Positions 1 through 9,054 of a stretch of 64,000 nt of DNA are shown piece after piece. The stretch's first letter is position 1. The number at the start of each line of letters is the position of its first letter. The DNA lies in NCBI GenBank assembly GCA_024641245.1, contig JAHEDK010000002.1, positions 167,136 to 231,135 on the forward strand. Direction: 5' to 3'. The translations under genes were made by a program, and so were the position numbers. Source of the stretch: Actinomycetes bacterium (lineage in GTDB: Bacteria; Actinomycetota; Acidimicrobiia; Spongiisociales; JAHEDJ01). Under the pieces are notes generated by a model. The model was not told the origin of the DNA. It did no database searches and worked only from the letters and a program-made list of their open reading frames with translations.

Positions 1-816
1 GACGCCACACAGGTCGACATCGCTTTCATGGCGGAGTTGCAGCGCGACAACCGCAACCTCGGTGCGGAAGAGGTAACCCCGGCACTGCTGGCAATCCCCA
101 CCGACAAGCCACTCGTTGGAGATGCACAACACATCCTCAACGATTGGGCAACCATCGACGCCTACCAGCAGAGCGCTGATCTCCCGGGCGCCGCCTTGTA
201 TGCCGCGATATGGAGGAACGTGCTCCGGCTCACCTTCCACGACGAGATGCCGGAACGGTTCTGGCCAGACGGAGGCAGTCGCTGGTTCGAAGTGGTCAAC
301 AGCTTGCTCCGGCAACCGGCCAATGCCTGGTGGGACATAGCCTCCACCTCAGATGTGGAGGGTCGAGATGAGATCCTCGAGTTCGCCATCATCGCCGCGA
401 TGAACGAGTTGCGCGACGAACTCGGTGACGACCCGACTGAATGGCGATGGGGCGACCTGCACGAAGCGACCTTCCGGAATGCGACGTTCGGAGAGTCTGG
501 GATCCCTCCCCTGGAGTGGTTGTTCAATCGTGGCCCGTACGCAGTGGGCGGCGGCGGATCGATCGTTAACGCCACGAGTTGGAACGCCGCCGACGGCTAT
601 GAGGTCGTAGCACTGCCTTCGATGCGGATGATCGTCGATCTGTCCAACTTCGAGCGGTCGCGAACAGTCCACCCGACCGGTCAATCCGGGCACATCTACC
701 ACCCCCACTACATCGATATGGCAGAGTCATGGGTGCTCAACGACCTGCACCCGATGCATTGGGATCGCGGCTCGGTCGAAGCCGATGCGGAGGGAACGCT
801 GACGCTGAAGCCTTGA
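1..816 (+). CDS. penicillin acylase/amidase (peptidase S45) family protein, C-terminal part; 5' end lies outside the window
   Basis: Frame 1 is open from base 1, with no stop before the ORF-track ATG at 28. The C-terminal region resembles penicillin amidase family proteins (e.g. HPTGQSGHIYHPHYIDMAESW). Confidence 0.75.
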   Translation, partial: DATQVDIAFMAELQRDNRNLGAEEVTPALLAIPTDKPLVGDAQHILNDWATIDAYQQSADLPGAALYAAIWRNVLRLTFHDEMPERFWPDGGSRWFEVVNSLLRQPANAWWDIASTSDVEGRDEILEFAIIAAMNELRDELGDDPTEWRWGDLHEATFRNATFGESGIPPLEWLFNRGPYAVGGGGSIVNATSWNAADGYEVVALPSMRMIVDLSNFERSRTVHPTGQSGHIYHPHYIDMAESWVLNDLHPMHWDRGSVEADAEGTLTLKP

Positions 817-875
817 GAGCAGTAGGCAGTAGGCAATAGGCAACGGGTGTCTGGTGGATACGCGATACTGGGTGC

Positions 876-1748
876 GTGCGCGAGTACGAATCACCGAAGC
901 CGGCGGAACAGGAATACGGCACCTCGGACCTAGCCGACCGCCTCGACGCGATGAACATGGAGTCGGTCGAGCGGGTATTGCGGCGCGCGATACAGCTTCA
1001 GTTCGACGACGAGCACGGCCCGGACACGCTCAGTCCAGAACACATCGAGCGCATCGCCGGGGAGATCGGCATCGACCCTGCCCACGTCCGCCGGGCTCTC
1101 TTCGAAGAGGCCACCGCCTCCGAGCAAGTCGAAATGACACCTCTCGATCGGTTCCTGGCCCCGGTGCGCATGAAGGAACGCACCATGGTCGTGGGCGACC
1201 TCGCTGAGGTCACCAACACGGTCGACACCTGGCTCGAGAAGCACGAGGGGCTCCAGAAGCGGCGCCTGCACGGACGCGGGATCGTCTGGGAGAAGGATCC
1301 GTCGCCGGTCGCCTCGATTCGCATGGGACTCCACCTCGGCAAGGGCAGCGGAGCCTTGCGGGCGGTCGGACCGGTGACCCATCACGTTCACAGCGTCGAG
1401 CCCGGGAAGCATCTCGTCACGCTCGAAGCCGACACGAGCATCATCGGGAAGACTGCCAAAGGCCTCCTGGCGGCCGGCGCCGGATTGTCGGTTGTGCTGG
1501 CACTGGTGCTCGGCATCATGGGTGCCGGATGGGCCGCGCTTGGCGGCGCGGCGGTGGCGCTCGCCGTGTTCGGTGGCATAGCGGTCACCACGGCCAGACT
1601 GTGGTCCGGTCGCGTTCGCAACGGGCTCAAGCGTGCCCTCGACGCGATTCGCCTGCCGGACGTCAATCGTGTTCACGAATCGATCCTCGATCGGATCGAA
1701 CGGGCGCTCTCCACCGTTCGAGGGCGCGACACTCGCTCCAGGTATTGA
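876..1748 (+). CDS. hypothetical membrane protein (two C-terminal hydrophobic segments)
   Basis: 290-aa ORF with coding-like composition. It has a Gly/Ala/Leu-rich TM pair (LLAAGAGLSVVLALVLGIMGAGWAALGGAAVALAVFGGIAV). The start is uncertain (GTG 876 or ATG 951). No family recognised. Confidence 0.5.
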   Translation: MREYESPKPAEQEYGTSDLADRLDAMNMESVERVLRRAIQLQFDDEHGPDTLSPEHIERIAGEIGIDPAHVRRALFEEATASEQVEMTPLDRFLAPVRMKERTMVVGDLAEVTNTVDTWLEKHEGLQKRRLHGRGIVWEKDPSPVASIRMGLHLGKGSGALRAVGPVTHHVHSVEPGKHLVTLEADTSIIGKTAKGLLAAGAGLSVVLALVLGIMGAGWAALGGAAVALAVFGGIAVTTARLWSGRVRNGLKRALDAIRLPDVNRVHESILDRIERALSTVRGRDTRSRY

Positions 1749-2032
1749 GACCGAATCAGGCGGCGTACCATGGTGATAACAGAAAGGTCGTCGCCGTGAA
1801 GAAGCTACTCATCATCCTCGTCATAGGCGCCATCATTGCCCTCGTCATCAAGAAGGGCTGCGCCGACTCCACCTAGCAGGGCTGCGAGGGAGACGCACGA
1901 GGTAACCGGCTCGAGTTCAGGAGACCGAGCATCGGGTTCTCACTGAGGTTCCGTGGAAGCCTGTTCACCACAACGTTGCCGGTCGAAGCACCGACCGGAA
2001 TCTCTCGAGACAGATGTGGGTTGACTCCCGAC

Positions 2033-2545
2033 ATGGACGAAAAGACACTTGCGGACTTCCGCCGCTCAAGAGACGAGTTCCTCGGCTCGAGCCGTCGGTC
2101 ACCCCTCCCTCGCCACCTGCGTCGTGACTTTGGCGGCCTGGACTACTTCGAGGGCAACGGTGCACTCGACCTCCATCTCGACTACCACCCGGTGGAGCCG
2201 ACTCCGGTCGAGATAGGAACATCGGACGGACACGTTCGTACGTACTATCGAGCTGCCAAGCTCAGCTTCAACATCGAAGGTGAGCCGGTCGAATTGACTG
2301 CGCTGCGCTCGCCCGGCCATCCCGGCCTATTCCTACCCTTCAGGGACGCTACCTCGGGTAGCGAGAGCTACGGGGCCGGACGCTACCTGGACCTCGAAGA
2401 CCCTGTCGACGGAAAGCTCCACGTCGACTTCAACCTGGCATACAACCCCTACTGCGCCTACTCAGATGACTACTCCTGCGCACTTCCACCCCATGAGAAC
2501 TGGCTGACGGTGCCCATCCGAGCCGGGGAGAGAAGCTTCAAGTAG
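2033..2545 (+). CDS. DUF1684 domain protein
   Basis: Motifs GRYLDLE...DFNLAYNPYCAYSDDYSCALPPHENWL are typical of DUF1684. I prefer ATG 2033 (MDEKTLADF) to the track start at 1976. Confidence 0.75.
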   Translation: MDEKTLADFRRSRDEFLGSSRRSPLPRHLRRDFGGLDYFEGNGALDLHLDYHPVEPTPVEIGTSDGHVRTYYRAAKLSFNIEGEPVELTALRSPGHPGLFLPFRDATSGSESYGAGRYLDLEDPVDGKLHVDFNLAYNPYCAYSDDYSCALPPHENWLTVPIRAGERSFK

Positions 2546-2718
2546 TGAAGCCACCTGCCATGTAGAGGGATATGAAGCAGAACAACGGCCGCGCCATACG
2601 TGACACGTGAGGGAATTCAACCGCATCACAACGCTGTCCGCGAAGTGATGGTGCTGGCGTGACCAACCCCCGCCGGAAAGCGTAGGGTGAATCGCGTCAC
2701 ACCTTGAGGAGGTAGACC

Positions 2719-3357
2719 ATGGTCACGTCTTCCGAGCCCTTCGCTGCTCGCCTGGACATCGACTACCCCGAAACGCTCGACAGGTTCACGACGTTCTTCC
2801 GGCTGATCTGGATCATCCCGATCGGTATCATCCTTTCCCTGCTCACCGCAACCGGCAACGAAACCGTGGCCGAGACCGGCGAACACATCGAACGGACGGG
2901 CCTCGGTATCACCGGAGGGCTCGCTCTCGCAACGATGCTGATGATCGTGTTTCGGATGCGGTACCCACGCTGGTGGTTTGACTTCGCTCGCGAGCTGACC
3001 CGCTTCGGAGCGCGGGTCGCTGCCTATTTCTTCTTGCTCACCGATCAGTACCCCTCGACCGTTGACGAGCAAGCGGTGCACCTCGAGATCGATTACCCCG
3101 ACGCGGAGCGAGACCTCAATCGCTGGCTGCCACTGGTGAAGTGGCTGCTGGCCATCCCCCACTACATCGTGCTCGCCGTACTGGCAGCCATCGGGATGGT
3201 CGTCTGGGTCATTGCCTGGTTCGCCATCCTCTTCACGGGACGCTATCCCCGCCCGCTCTTCGACTATCTGGTGGGCGTCGGCCGATGGGGACTGCGAGTG
3301 GAGGCGTACGCGTTCCTGCTGGTTACCGACGAATATCCGCCGTTCAGCCTCAAATAG
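2719..3357 (+). CDS. DUF4389 domain membrane protein
   Basis: GAGGAGG lies upstream of the ATG. The repeated pattern RLIWIIP...YPRWWFDF...FLLTDQYP / LLAIPHYIVL...GRYPRPLFDY...FLLVTDEYPPF is typical of DUF4389. Confidence 0.7.
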   Translation: MVTSSEPFAARLDIDYPETLDRFTTFFRLIWIIPIGIILSLLTATGNETVAETGEHIERTGLGITGGLALATMLMIVFRMRYPRWWFDFARELTRFGARVAAYFFLLTDQYPSTVDEQAVHLEIDYPDAERDLNRWLPLVKWLLAIPHYIVLAVLAAIGMVVWVIAWFAILFTGRYPRPLFDYLVGVGRWGLRVEAYAFLLVTDEYPPFSLK

Positions 3358-4285
3358 GCCGTATCTCGCCCCTGTCGCGCCCGAGGAAGGCCTCAATGGC
3401 TCTGATCATGTGACCGGCATGCGTGAGGGGAGCTTCATGGCGAGCTCCGACCAGTTCCACCACCTCTGGATCGCGCAGCAGCGAGGCCAGTTCGTACTGG
3501 ATTTCGGGAAACATCAATTGATCCTCGGTGTTGATTATCACCAGGGCGGGTTGTTCCAGTTTGCCGATCCATGGGCGTGCATCGAAGCGGTTGACGGCTG
3601 CGCCTGCCAGCCAGTAGAGGTCGGGGTCCCGGTTCTGAAACTGCCAGTAGGCCCAGCGCAAGTGCCTGGGAAGCACCGCCCCGACGTTCGCAAGGTAGGC
3701 GGTTCTCGCCCGGGTGCCTTCGGACCTGCTGAGGCGATCGAAGGCCCTGGCCAGCACGATGACTCCCCCTCCCACGAATCGCTCGGCCGCCGAACGAGCA
3801 GGCCCGGCAGACGTGCCGGCCAGGATCAGCTTGTCGACTCGCTGTGGATGCCGGTGGGCCAGTTCGAGGGCGGCCAGTCCGCCCATCGAGTACCCGGCAA
3901 CGGAGGCCTGGTCGATTCCCAGCGCGGTCATGATGCCGGCCAGATCGTCGGCGAGGTCGGCGATCTCATAACGGGCTCGCAACAGATCCGACTTCCCGGT
4001 GTTCCGGCCGTCCGGCACGATCACCCGGTAGTTCTTGGCGAGCCTGCCGATCAACTTCCACCACACGACGAGACCATGATCCCCCCAGCCGTGGACGAGC
4101 ACCAGCGGCGGAGCTACCGGGTTGCCGGCCTCCCGAACGAAGAACTCATTGTCGCCGACGAACACAGACCGCCCGGGCAGGCGGAGCGGGTGTTCTTGCG
4201 CTTCGGCCGGTTTGAGTTGTGGCTCGGGGCCCAGAAGTCTCCAACCGGCCCACAACAAGATGAGCCGCTTCATCCAGCGCATCAT
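3350..4285 (-). CDS. alpha/beta hydrolase
   Basis: HGWGDH oxyanion region and nucleophile elbow GYSMGG. It is translationally coupled to the upstream ferredoxin-like gene (overlap 4282-4285). Confidence 0.85.
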   Translation of the reverse strand: MMRWMKRLILLWAGWRLLGPEPQLKPAEAQEHPLRLPGRSVFVGDNEFFVREAGNPVAPPLVLVHGWGDHGLVVWWKLIGRLAKNYRVIVPDGRNTGKSDLLRARYEIADLADDLAGIMTALGIDQASVAGYSMGGLAALELAHRHPQRVDKLILAGTSAGPARSAAERFVGGGVIVLARAFDRLSRSEGTRARTAYLANVGAVLPRHLRWAYWQFQNRDPDLYWLAGAAVNRFDARPWIGKLEQPALVIINTEDQLMFPEIQYELASLLRDPEVVELVGARHEAPLTHAGHMIRAIEAFLGRDRGEIRPI

Positions 4286-4731
4286 CGTGGCCCGCCCAGC
4301 GCGTCGCGGGCAAACACGTACTCATCCACAGGCCGGCCTTCAATCAGGTGCTCCTGGATGATCCGTTCCATGACCTCGGTCGTGACCGACCGGTACCAGA
4401 CGCCATCCGGATAGACGACGGCGATGGGTCCTTGCTCACAGATGCGGAAGCAGTCGGCCTTGGTCCTCAGCGCCACGGCCCCCCCGTCGATTCTTCCGAC
4501 CGGGGGCGGTTCGCCCATCGACCCCCGCCACGGGGGAGGCGCACTCGCCAACTCCAGGTCCTTCATGCGCCGCTTCACGTACTCCCATACCCTCGATGAC
4601 TCCTCATACGTCGAGCAGCGCGGCGTCGTCTGTTCTGCGCACAGGAACAAGTGGCGGCGCAAACCGCCGATGGATAGTGCCGAGGCGATCTTCTGCAGCC
4701 GTTCGTCGAGATGAAGCGGTCGGTCACTCAT
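4282..4731 (-). CDS. thioredoxin-like [2Fe-2S] ferredoxin family protein
   Basis: Pattern HLFLCAEQ...PRC...[20 protein letters not shown] matches thioredoxin-like 2Fe-2S ferredoxin domains. Confidence 0.6.
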   Translation of the reverse strand: MSDRPLHLDERLQKIASALSIGGLRRHLFLCAEQTTPRCSTYEESSRVWEYVKRRMKDLELASAPPPWRGSMGEPPPVGRIDGGAVALRTKADCFRICEQGPIAVVYPDGVWYRSVTTEVMERIIQEHLIEGRPVDEYVFARDALGGPR

Positions 4732-4859
4732 GAGCCGTTCACGATACCGGGTTGACGGCGGGGCCTCGCCGGGTCTTGATGAAAAGCCGAGCGACTGACG
4801 GAGACGGTCGCGATCCGACCCGGCCGACTGCGCGGCCGATCGGTCTGATCGCAGCCCCT

Positions 4860-5906
4860 TCAGCTCAGGAGGCGGATGCCCGCTCCGGCCACGATTGACC
4901 CGATCACGGCCGCCGCTTCGGTCCGTTCGGCCTCGAGGGCAGCGAGAAGGAAGTCCAGACGATCGGGGTGGACCGAGATCAGCAGACCTCCCGACGTCTG
5001 TGCGTCGGCGAGTACATCTCTGAGTGGTGACCCGACGTCGCCGAAATCCACGTGATCGATCACGGCGGACATATTCCGTATGGACCCACCCGGCAGGATG
5101 CCCTGGGTGGCGAGGTCGAGCACCCCTTCGATCAGTGGAACCGAGGCGGCGTGGACCTCGGCGCCCACTTCCGCCGCCGATACCATCTCATGCAGATGGC
5201 CGAGCAGTCCGAAGCCGGTGACGTCCGTAGCCGCGTTGACCCCGACCGACGTCATGGCTCGGGCGGCCCCTTCATTGAGGGCGGCCATCACTTCGATGGC
5301 CCGCCTCTCCACCCCGGGATCCACACGGCCGTTCTTGATCGCTGTGGCGATGATGCCGGTACCCAGCGGTTTGGTCAGGACGAGTACATCGCCGGGTTGG
5401 GAGCCGGAGTTGGTGACGAGGCGGTCGGGCTCCACGATCCCGGTGATGGCAAAGCCGTACTTCGGTTCCGGATCGTCGATCGAGTGACCACCGACGAGCG
5501 TGCACCCCGCCAGTTCGAGCACAGCCGCGCCGCCGGCGATCACCTCTTCGAGCAAGTCGAAAGGCAGCGTGTCACGGGGCCATCCGACCAGCTGCAGGGC
5601 GGTGAGCGGAGTCCCTCCCATCGCGTACACGTCGGATAGGGCGTTGGCAGCCGCAATACGGCCCCAATCGTAAGGATCATCGACAACCGGGGTGAAGAAG
5701 TCGACCGTCTGGACGAGAGCCGTACCGCCGGGCTCGACGAACACGGCCGCATCGTCACTGGTCTCGAAGCCGACCAGGAGGTCCGGATGACGGGTGACCG
5801 GTGAGTTGCGCAAACGGCGCAGGACCTGCGCCAGCTCGTCAGAACCGAGCTTGCACGCTCAGCCGCTTCCGTGTGAGTACTGGGTCAGACGCGGTTTCAA
5901 GTCCAT
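4860..5906 (-). CDS. selD: selenide, water dikinase (selenophosphate synthetase), selenocysteine-containing form; in-frame TGA at 5861-5859
   Basis: The track ORF 4860..5813 has a SelD/AIR-synthase-like body ([12 protein letters not shown]..., GGHSIDD). The same frame continues upstream through one TGA to ATG 5906, which is preceded by AGGAGG. The N-terminus reads [21 protein letters not shown]. This matches the SelD catalytic loop, with TGA at the Cys/Sec position. Confidence 0.85.
5816..5832 (-). promoter_or_regulatory. SECIS-like hairpin downstream of the selD TGA
   Basis: The mRNA forms GGCGCAG-GUC-CUGCGCC starting 24 nt after the UGA. Its apex resembles the E. coli fdhF SECIS apex GCAGGUCUGC. 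Confidence 0.5.
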
Positions 5907-6034
5907 CTTGGGCACCTCCTTCCTGGTCGCGAGCTGCTGGTCGCTCGTCAAGATGCCAGTTTGGCACGGCCCGGGAATACGGATGCCGTTTGCCTCTGGT
6001 CCCACTCGCTCGGTCTTGAGAAGCTGATCAGGTC

Positions 6035-6553
6035 ATGTCGCCTTTTTCACGCGCTCGAGGCTCTCTCATGGTGAAGGGAGAGTTGCAGGTGCAGGCAGAT
6101 GACGAGCAAGCCTTCACTCGTTTCGTCAAAGAGACGGAACCGCGGCTCTCCTATGCGCTGGCCGCCGCCTACGGGCCGGAGGTCGGCGCGGATGCAACCG
6201 CGGACGCCCTCACCTATGCGTGGGAGAACTGGGACAAGGTTCGGGTCATGAACAATCCAGCCGGCTATCTCTACCGGGTCGGCCAGAGCCGCTCTCGAAT
6301 CTACAGACGGCCACACCTGCTGTTTCCGGGCGTGGCGCCGTTGGAAATTCACGATGTGGAACCCGGACTACCCGGCGCACTCGAGTCCCTCACCCGCAAC
6401 CAGCGGGTGGCGGTAGTACTACTCAACGCACTCGAATGGACCGAGAACGAGGCCGCCGAGTTCCTCGGGGTCTCCCGTTCGACCGTTCGCACCCATGCAG
6501 AACGTGGAATGAACCGGCTGCGTGCCGCCCTGGAGGTGACCGTCGATGCCTGA
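6035..6553 (+). CDS. ECF-type RNA polymerase sigma-70 family factor
   Basis: Region 2 (ADALTYAWENWDKV...NPAGYLYRVGQSR) and region 4 HTH (LTRNQRVAVVLLNALEWTENEAAEFLGVSRSTVRTHAERGMNRL). The start could instead be ATG 6068. Confidence 0.85.
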   Translation: MSPFSRARGSLMVKGELQVQADDEQAFTRFVKETEPRLSYALAAAYGPEVGADATADALTYAWENWDKVRVMNNPAGYLYRVGQSRSRIYRRPHLLFPGVAPLEIHDVEPGLPGALESLTRNQRVAVVLLNALEWTENEAAEFLGVSRSTVRTHAERGMNRLRAALEVTVDA

Positions 6554-7433
6554 CGTCGAAGTTCAACTGCGCACGTACTTCGATTCGAACGTCGAACGAA
6601 TCGACGCCGAAGATGTGGTAGCCGGAACTCGAGTCACCAGTCAGCTGAAGCGCTGGGACGTCCGGGCACGACACCCAATCCGGGTCGCTTCCGCATCTGC
6701 CGTGTTGATGACGGCCGCTATCGGCGCAGTCGCCGTCGGAGCCTGGGCGCTCGGGCGAGGGGGAAGCCGGATTGGAGAGGCCGTTACCACCCCCACTGCT
6801 GCACAACCGTTCGACACCATCGTCTGGCCCATATCGCTGATTGCCGCAGGCGTGGCGATTGCCGCGGCCGTTGTACTGATGACGAAGATGAGAAAGGGAA
6901 ACTCCATGGATACTCTGGAACGCCAAACACCCGAGGTGCGCATCGAGCACCTCCGCAAATCGAATCGCGGCCTGATAATCGCGCTGGTCGTGACAGTGCT
7001 GGCCCTGGCCGGCCTGGGCGGCTGGGTATTGTTCGACAAGGTGCTCGACACCGGCATCGAAGCCGACGTCCAGGCGCTGCTGGACGAGTTCCTCGCCAAC
7101 GCCAACGCGGGCGATCTCGAGGCGAACACCGATCTGTTCACATCCAGGGCGGCCTACATCGAGGGAGACGGCACCGTCTACCCGGCGCAGGACATCCCCG
7201 CGCACTGGGCAGACCTCGAAAGCCGCCTCGGGCAGTTCACCGGTGAGCAACTCGGTGATCCGCTGATCATCGAGGATCCCGATGCCAATCGCTACTTCGT
7301 TTCCATGCCGGGACAAGTCGGCTGGGGACGGGATCCCTACTTCAAGCACTTCCTGACGTTCGTCCTCACCGAGGTCGATGGGGAACTGAAGATCATCAGC
7401 CAGATGGTCAGTCCCCTCGACAACTGGCGCTAA
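6546..7433 (+). CDS. putative anti-sigma factor / membrane protein with NTF2(SnoaL)-like C-terminal domain
   Basis: 8-bp overlap with the sigma factor gene (start ATG 6546-6548; sigma stop TGA 6551-6553). It has two TM segments followed by an extracytoplasmic domain. The functional call rests on position only. Confidence 0.45.
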   Translation: MPDVEVQLRTYFDSNVERIDAEDVVAGTRVTSQLKRWDVRARHPIRVASASAVLMTAAIGAVAVGAWALGRGGSRIGEAVTTPTAAQPFDTIVWPISLIAAGVAIAAAVVLMTKMRKGNSMDTLERQTPEVRIEHLRKSNRGLIIALVVTVLALAGLGGWVLFDKVLDTGIEADVQALLDEFLANANAGDLEANTDLFTSRAAYIEGDGTVYPAQDIPAHWADLESRLGQFTGEQLGDPLIIEDPDANRYFVSMPGQVGWGRDPYFKHFLTFVLTEVDGELKIISQMVSPLDNWR

Positions 7434-7442
7434 TCCGTCCAG

Positions 7443-7470
7443 AGCCCGGTGGAAGGGGGTCCACCGGGCT
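7443..7470 (+). terminator. stem-loop terminator after the anti-sigma gene
   Basis: AGCCCGGTGGA-aggggg-TCCACCGGGCT (11-bp perfect stem) followed by CTTCTCGTTCTT. Confidence 0.5.
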
Positions 7471-7477
7471 CTTCTCG

Positions 7478-7524
7478 TTCTTGCGTCAGAGCCAGGCGCC
7501 ACGCGCCCAGAATTGACGCAAGAA
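7478..7524. repeat. REP-like palindromic element, copy A (TTCTTGCGTCA-N25-TGACGCAAGAA)
   Basis: Perfect 11-bp inverted arms. The spacer has its own GGCGC-cac-GCGCC stem. Same family as the copies at 51747, 52756 and 52825. Confidence 0.85.
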
Positions 7525-7538
7525 CGGTTAGGCGAGAG

Positions 7539-8456
7539 TCACCGGCCGGCGTCGAGCGGCACCTCCACCTCCGCTACCCCCCTCAGCTGAACCGACGCCA
7601 CCGCTCCCACGATCAGGACCATGCCGGCAATCTGAACAGAGGCCATCTTCTGGGCAAACATCATCCAGGCGGCGACGGCACCGATGACGGGTTCGGCCGT
7701 TGCGATGACGCCGACGAAGCCGGCGGAAGCTCGCCGCAATGCCTGGAGTTCGAGCATGAAGGGAATCGCCGTTCCGATGATGCCCAACCACGCCAACTCG
7801 ACCCAGACCCTCGGCGACAGGTCGGTCGGAAAGGACCACACCGGCTGAATTCCGGCCCACATCAGCGCCGAAATGGCGAACCCGTAGGCCATGATGCCTG
7901 ACGGCGGCATCGTTTGGCCGAGCCTCTCACCGATAATCAGATACGCGGCGAACGTCAGCGCTGCTGCCAACCCGGCCCCGACGCCGATGAGGTCGATGTC
8001 GGACACCCGCCACACCTCGGCAATGAGACCGGTCCCGATCAGCGCCACGTATGCCGCCCACCAGGTCGACCGACGAATGACTCTTCGTTCAACCCATCTC
8101 ATCCACAACAACACAACGATCGGCGCCAGGAACTGAAGTGTCATACCGGGCCCCACGCCGATGCGGTCGACCGCCTCGTAGTAAGCCGCGTTCACCGCCG
8201 TGAGACTCGCCCCGAACAGAAGCAACAGGGTCCACGAGGCTCGTGCATCCAGCTTTCCCCGAAACCACGCGTACGGCAGCAGTACGACAACGGCCACCAT
8301 CGCCCTCGACTGGGCTGCCCTCGCCGCGCTGATTTCGACGAGGGCGTCGCTGGCGATCGCACCGCTCACGCCGAAGAGCAGCGCGGCGGTAAACGCGTAC
8401 GCAAAGGCCGAACCTCGGATGTTTGTCTCGTGCACAGGGCTATCCTGCCCCGCCAT
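7539..8456 (-). CDS. EamA/DMT family transporter
   Basis: Ten predicted hydrophobic helices in the two-EamA-domain pattern. The track start (8456) overlaps the greA ATG, so GTG 8435 is an alternative start. Confidence 0.8.
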   Translation of the reverse strand: MAGQDSPVHETNIRGSAFAYAFTAALLFGVSGAIASDALVEISAARAAQSRAMVAVVVLLPYAWFRGKLDARASWTLLLLFGASLTAVNAAYYEAVDRIGVGPGMTLQFLAPIVVLLWMRWVERRVIRRSTWWAAYVALIGTGLIAEVWRVSDIDLIGVGAGLAAALTFAAYLIIGERLGQTMPPSGIMAYGFAISALMWAGIQPVWSFPTDLSPRVWVELAWLGIIGTAIPFMLELQALRRASAGFVGVIATAEPVIGAVAAWMMFAQKMASVQIAGMVLIVGAVASVQLRGVAEVEVPLDAGR

Positions 8457-8931
8457 GACCGATCAGACCACTTGGCTCACTCCTGCTGCACACAAGAAAC
8501 TCCAGGAGGAGTTCGAATCCCTCACCACCGAGGGCCGCATACACATCGAAGAACGCATCGCGGAAGCCCGCTCGCACGGCGACATCCGAGAGAATGCCGA
8601 CTACGACGCGGCGAAGAACGAACAGGGGATGATGGAAGCGCGGATTCGGCAACTGCGCCACCTGCTCGACACGGCCGAGATCCGTGAAGCCGAGGACAGT
8701 GGCGTTGTGCAGGTCGGCACGATCGTCACGGTCGTCGATTCAGATGGCAGTTCGACGGAGTATTTCGTCGCGCCGACCGAGAATCGAATCCCCGGGTTTC
8801 TGCTCGCCTCACCAACCGGACCGCTCGGAAGCGCTCTACTCGGTGCCGCGATCGGCGACCAGGTCAGCTATAAGGCCCCCGGCGGAACCTTCACCGTCAC
8901 AGTGGAAGCCGTTCGACCGTTCGAAAATTGA
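8455..8931 (+). CDS. greA: transcription elongation factor GreA
   Basis: MTDQTTWLTPAAHKKLQEEFESL...HGDIRENADYDAAKNEQGMMEARIRQL is the classic GreA N-terminal coiled coil. The ATG at 8455 lies inside the longer track ORF 8200..8931. Confidence 0.9.
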   Translation: MTDQTTWLTPAAHKKLQEEFESLTTEGRIHIEERIAEARSHGDIRENADYDAAKNEQGMMEARIRQLRHLLDTAEIREAEDSGVVQVGTIVTVVDSDGSSTEYFVAPTENRIPGFLLASPTGPLGSALLGAAIGDQVSYKAPGGTFTVTVEAVRPFEN

Positions 8932-9054
8932 ATTACCGAGCGGTTCTAGGTTCCAACACTGCACGGAGAGATCCCCCGCCCAGGGTCAATTGCCAAGGGC
9001 CTCCTGCTGCCCGGTTAGCCTGAACCCGATCGACCCCGGCTTTGAGGCCCGCGT

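Noticed and set aside
1796-1876. 26-codon ORF VKKLLIILVIGAIIALVIKKGCADST with an AGAAAGG RBS-like sequence (possible small membrane peptide)
   Set aside because: It is plausible, with a hydrophobic helix and GC3-rich codons. It is too short to support without conservation or expression data, so it is not listed as a feature.
5962-5993. TGGCAC...TTGC resembling a sigma-54 promoter between selD and the ECF sigma gene
   Set aside because: The GG and GC elements are about 29 nt apart instead of the canonical GG-N10-GC spacing. The probable host phylum lacks sigma-54.
8932-9054. Possible Mg2+ (M-box) riboswitch upstream of mgtE
   Set aside because: The intergenic region is only about 124 nt and I cannot recognise the conserved M-box helices or motifs by eye. 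It needs an Rfam/Infernal scan before any claim.
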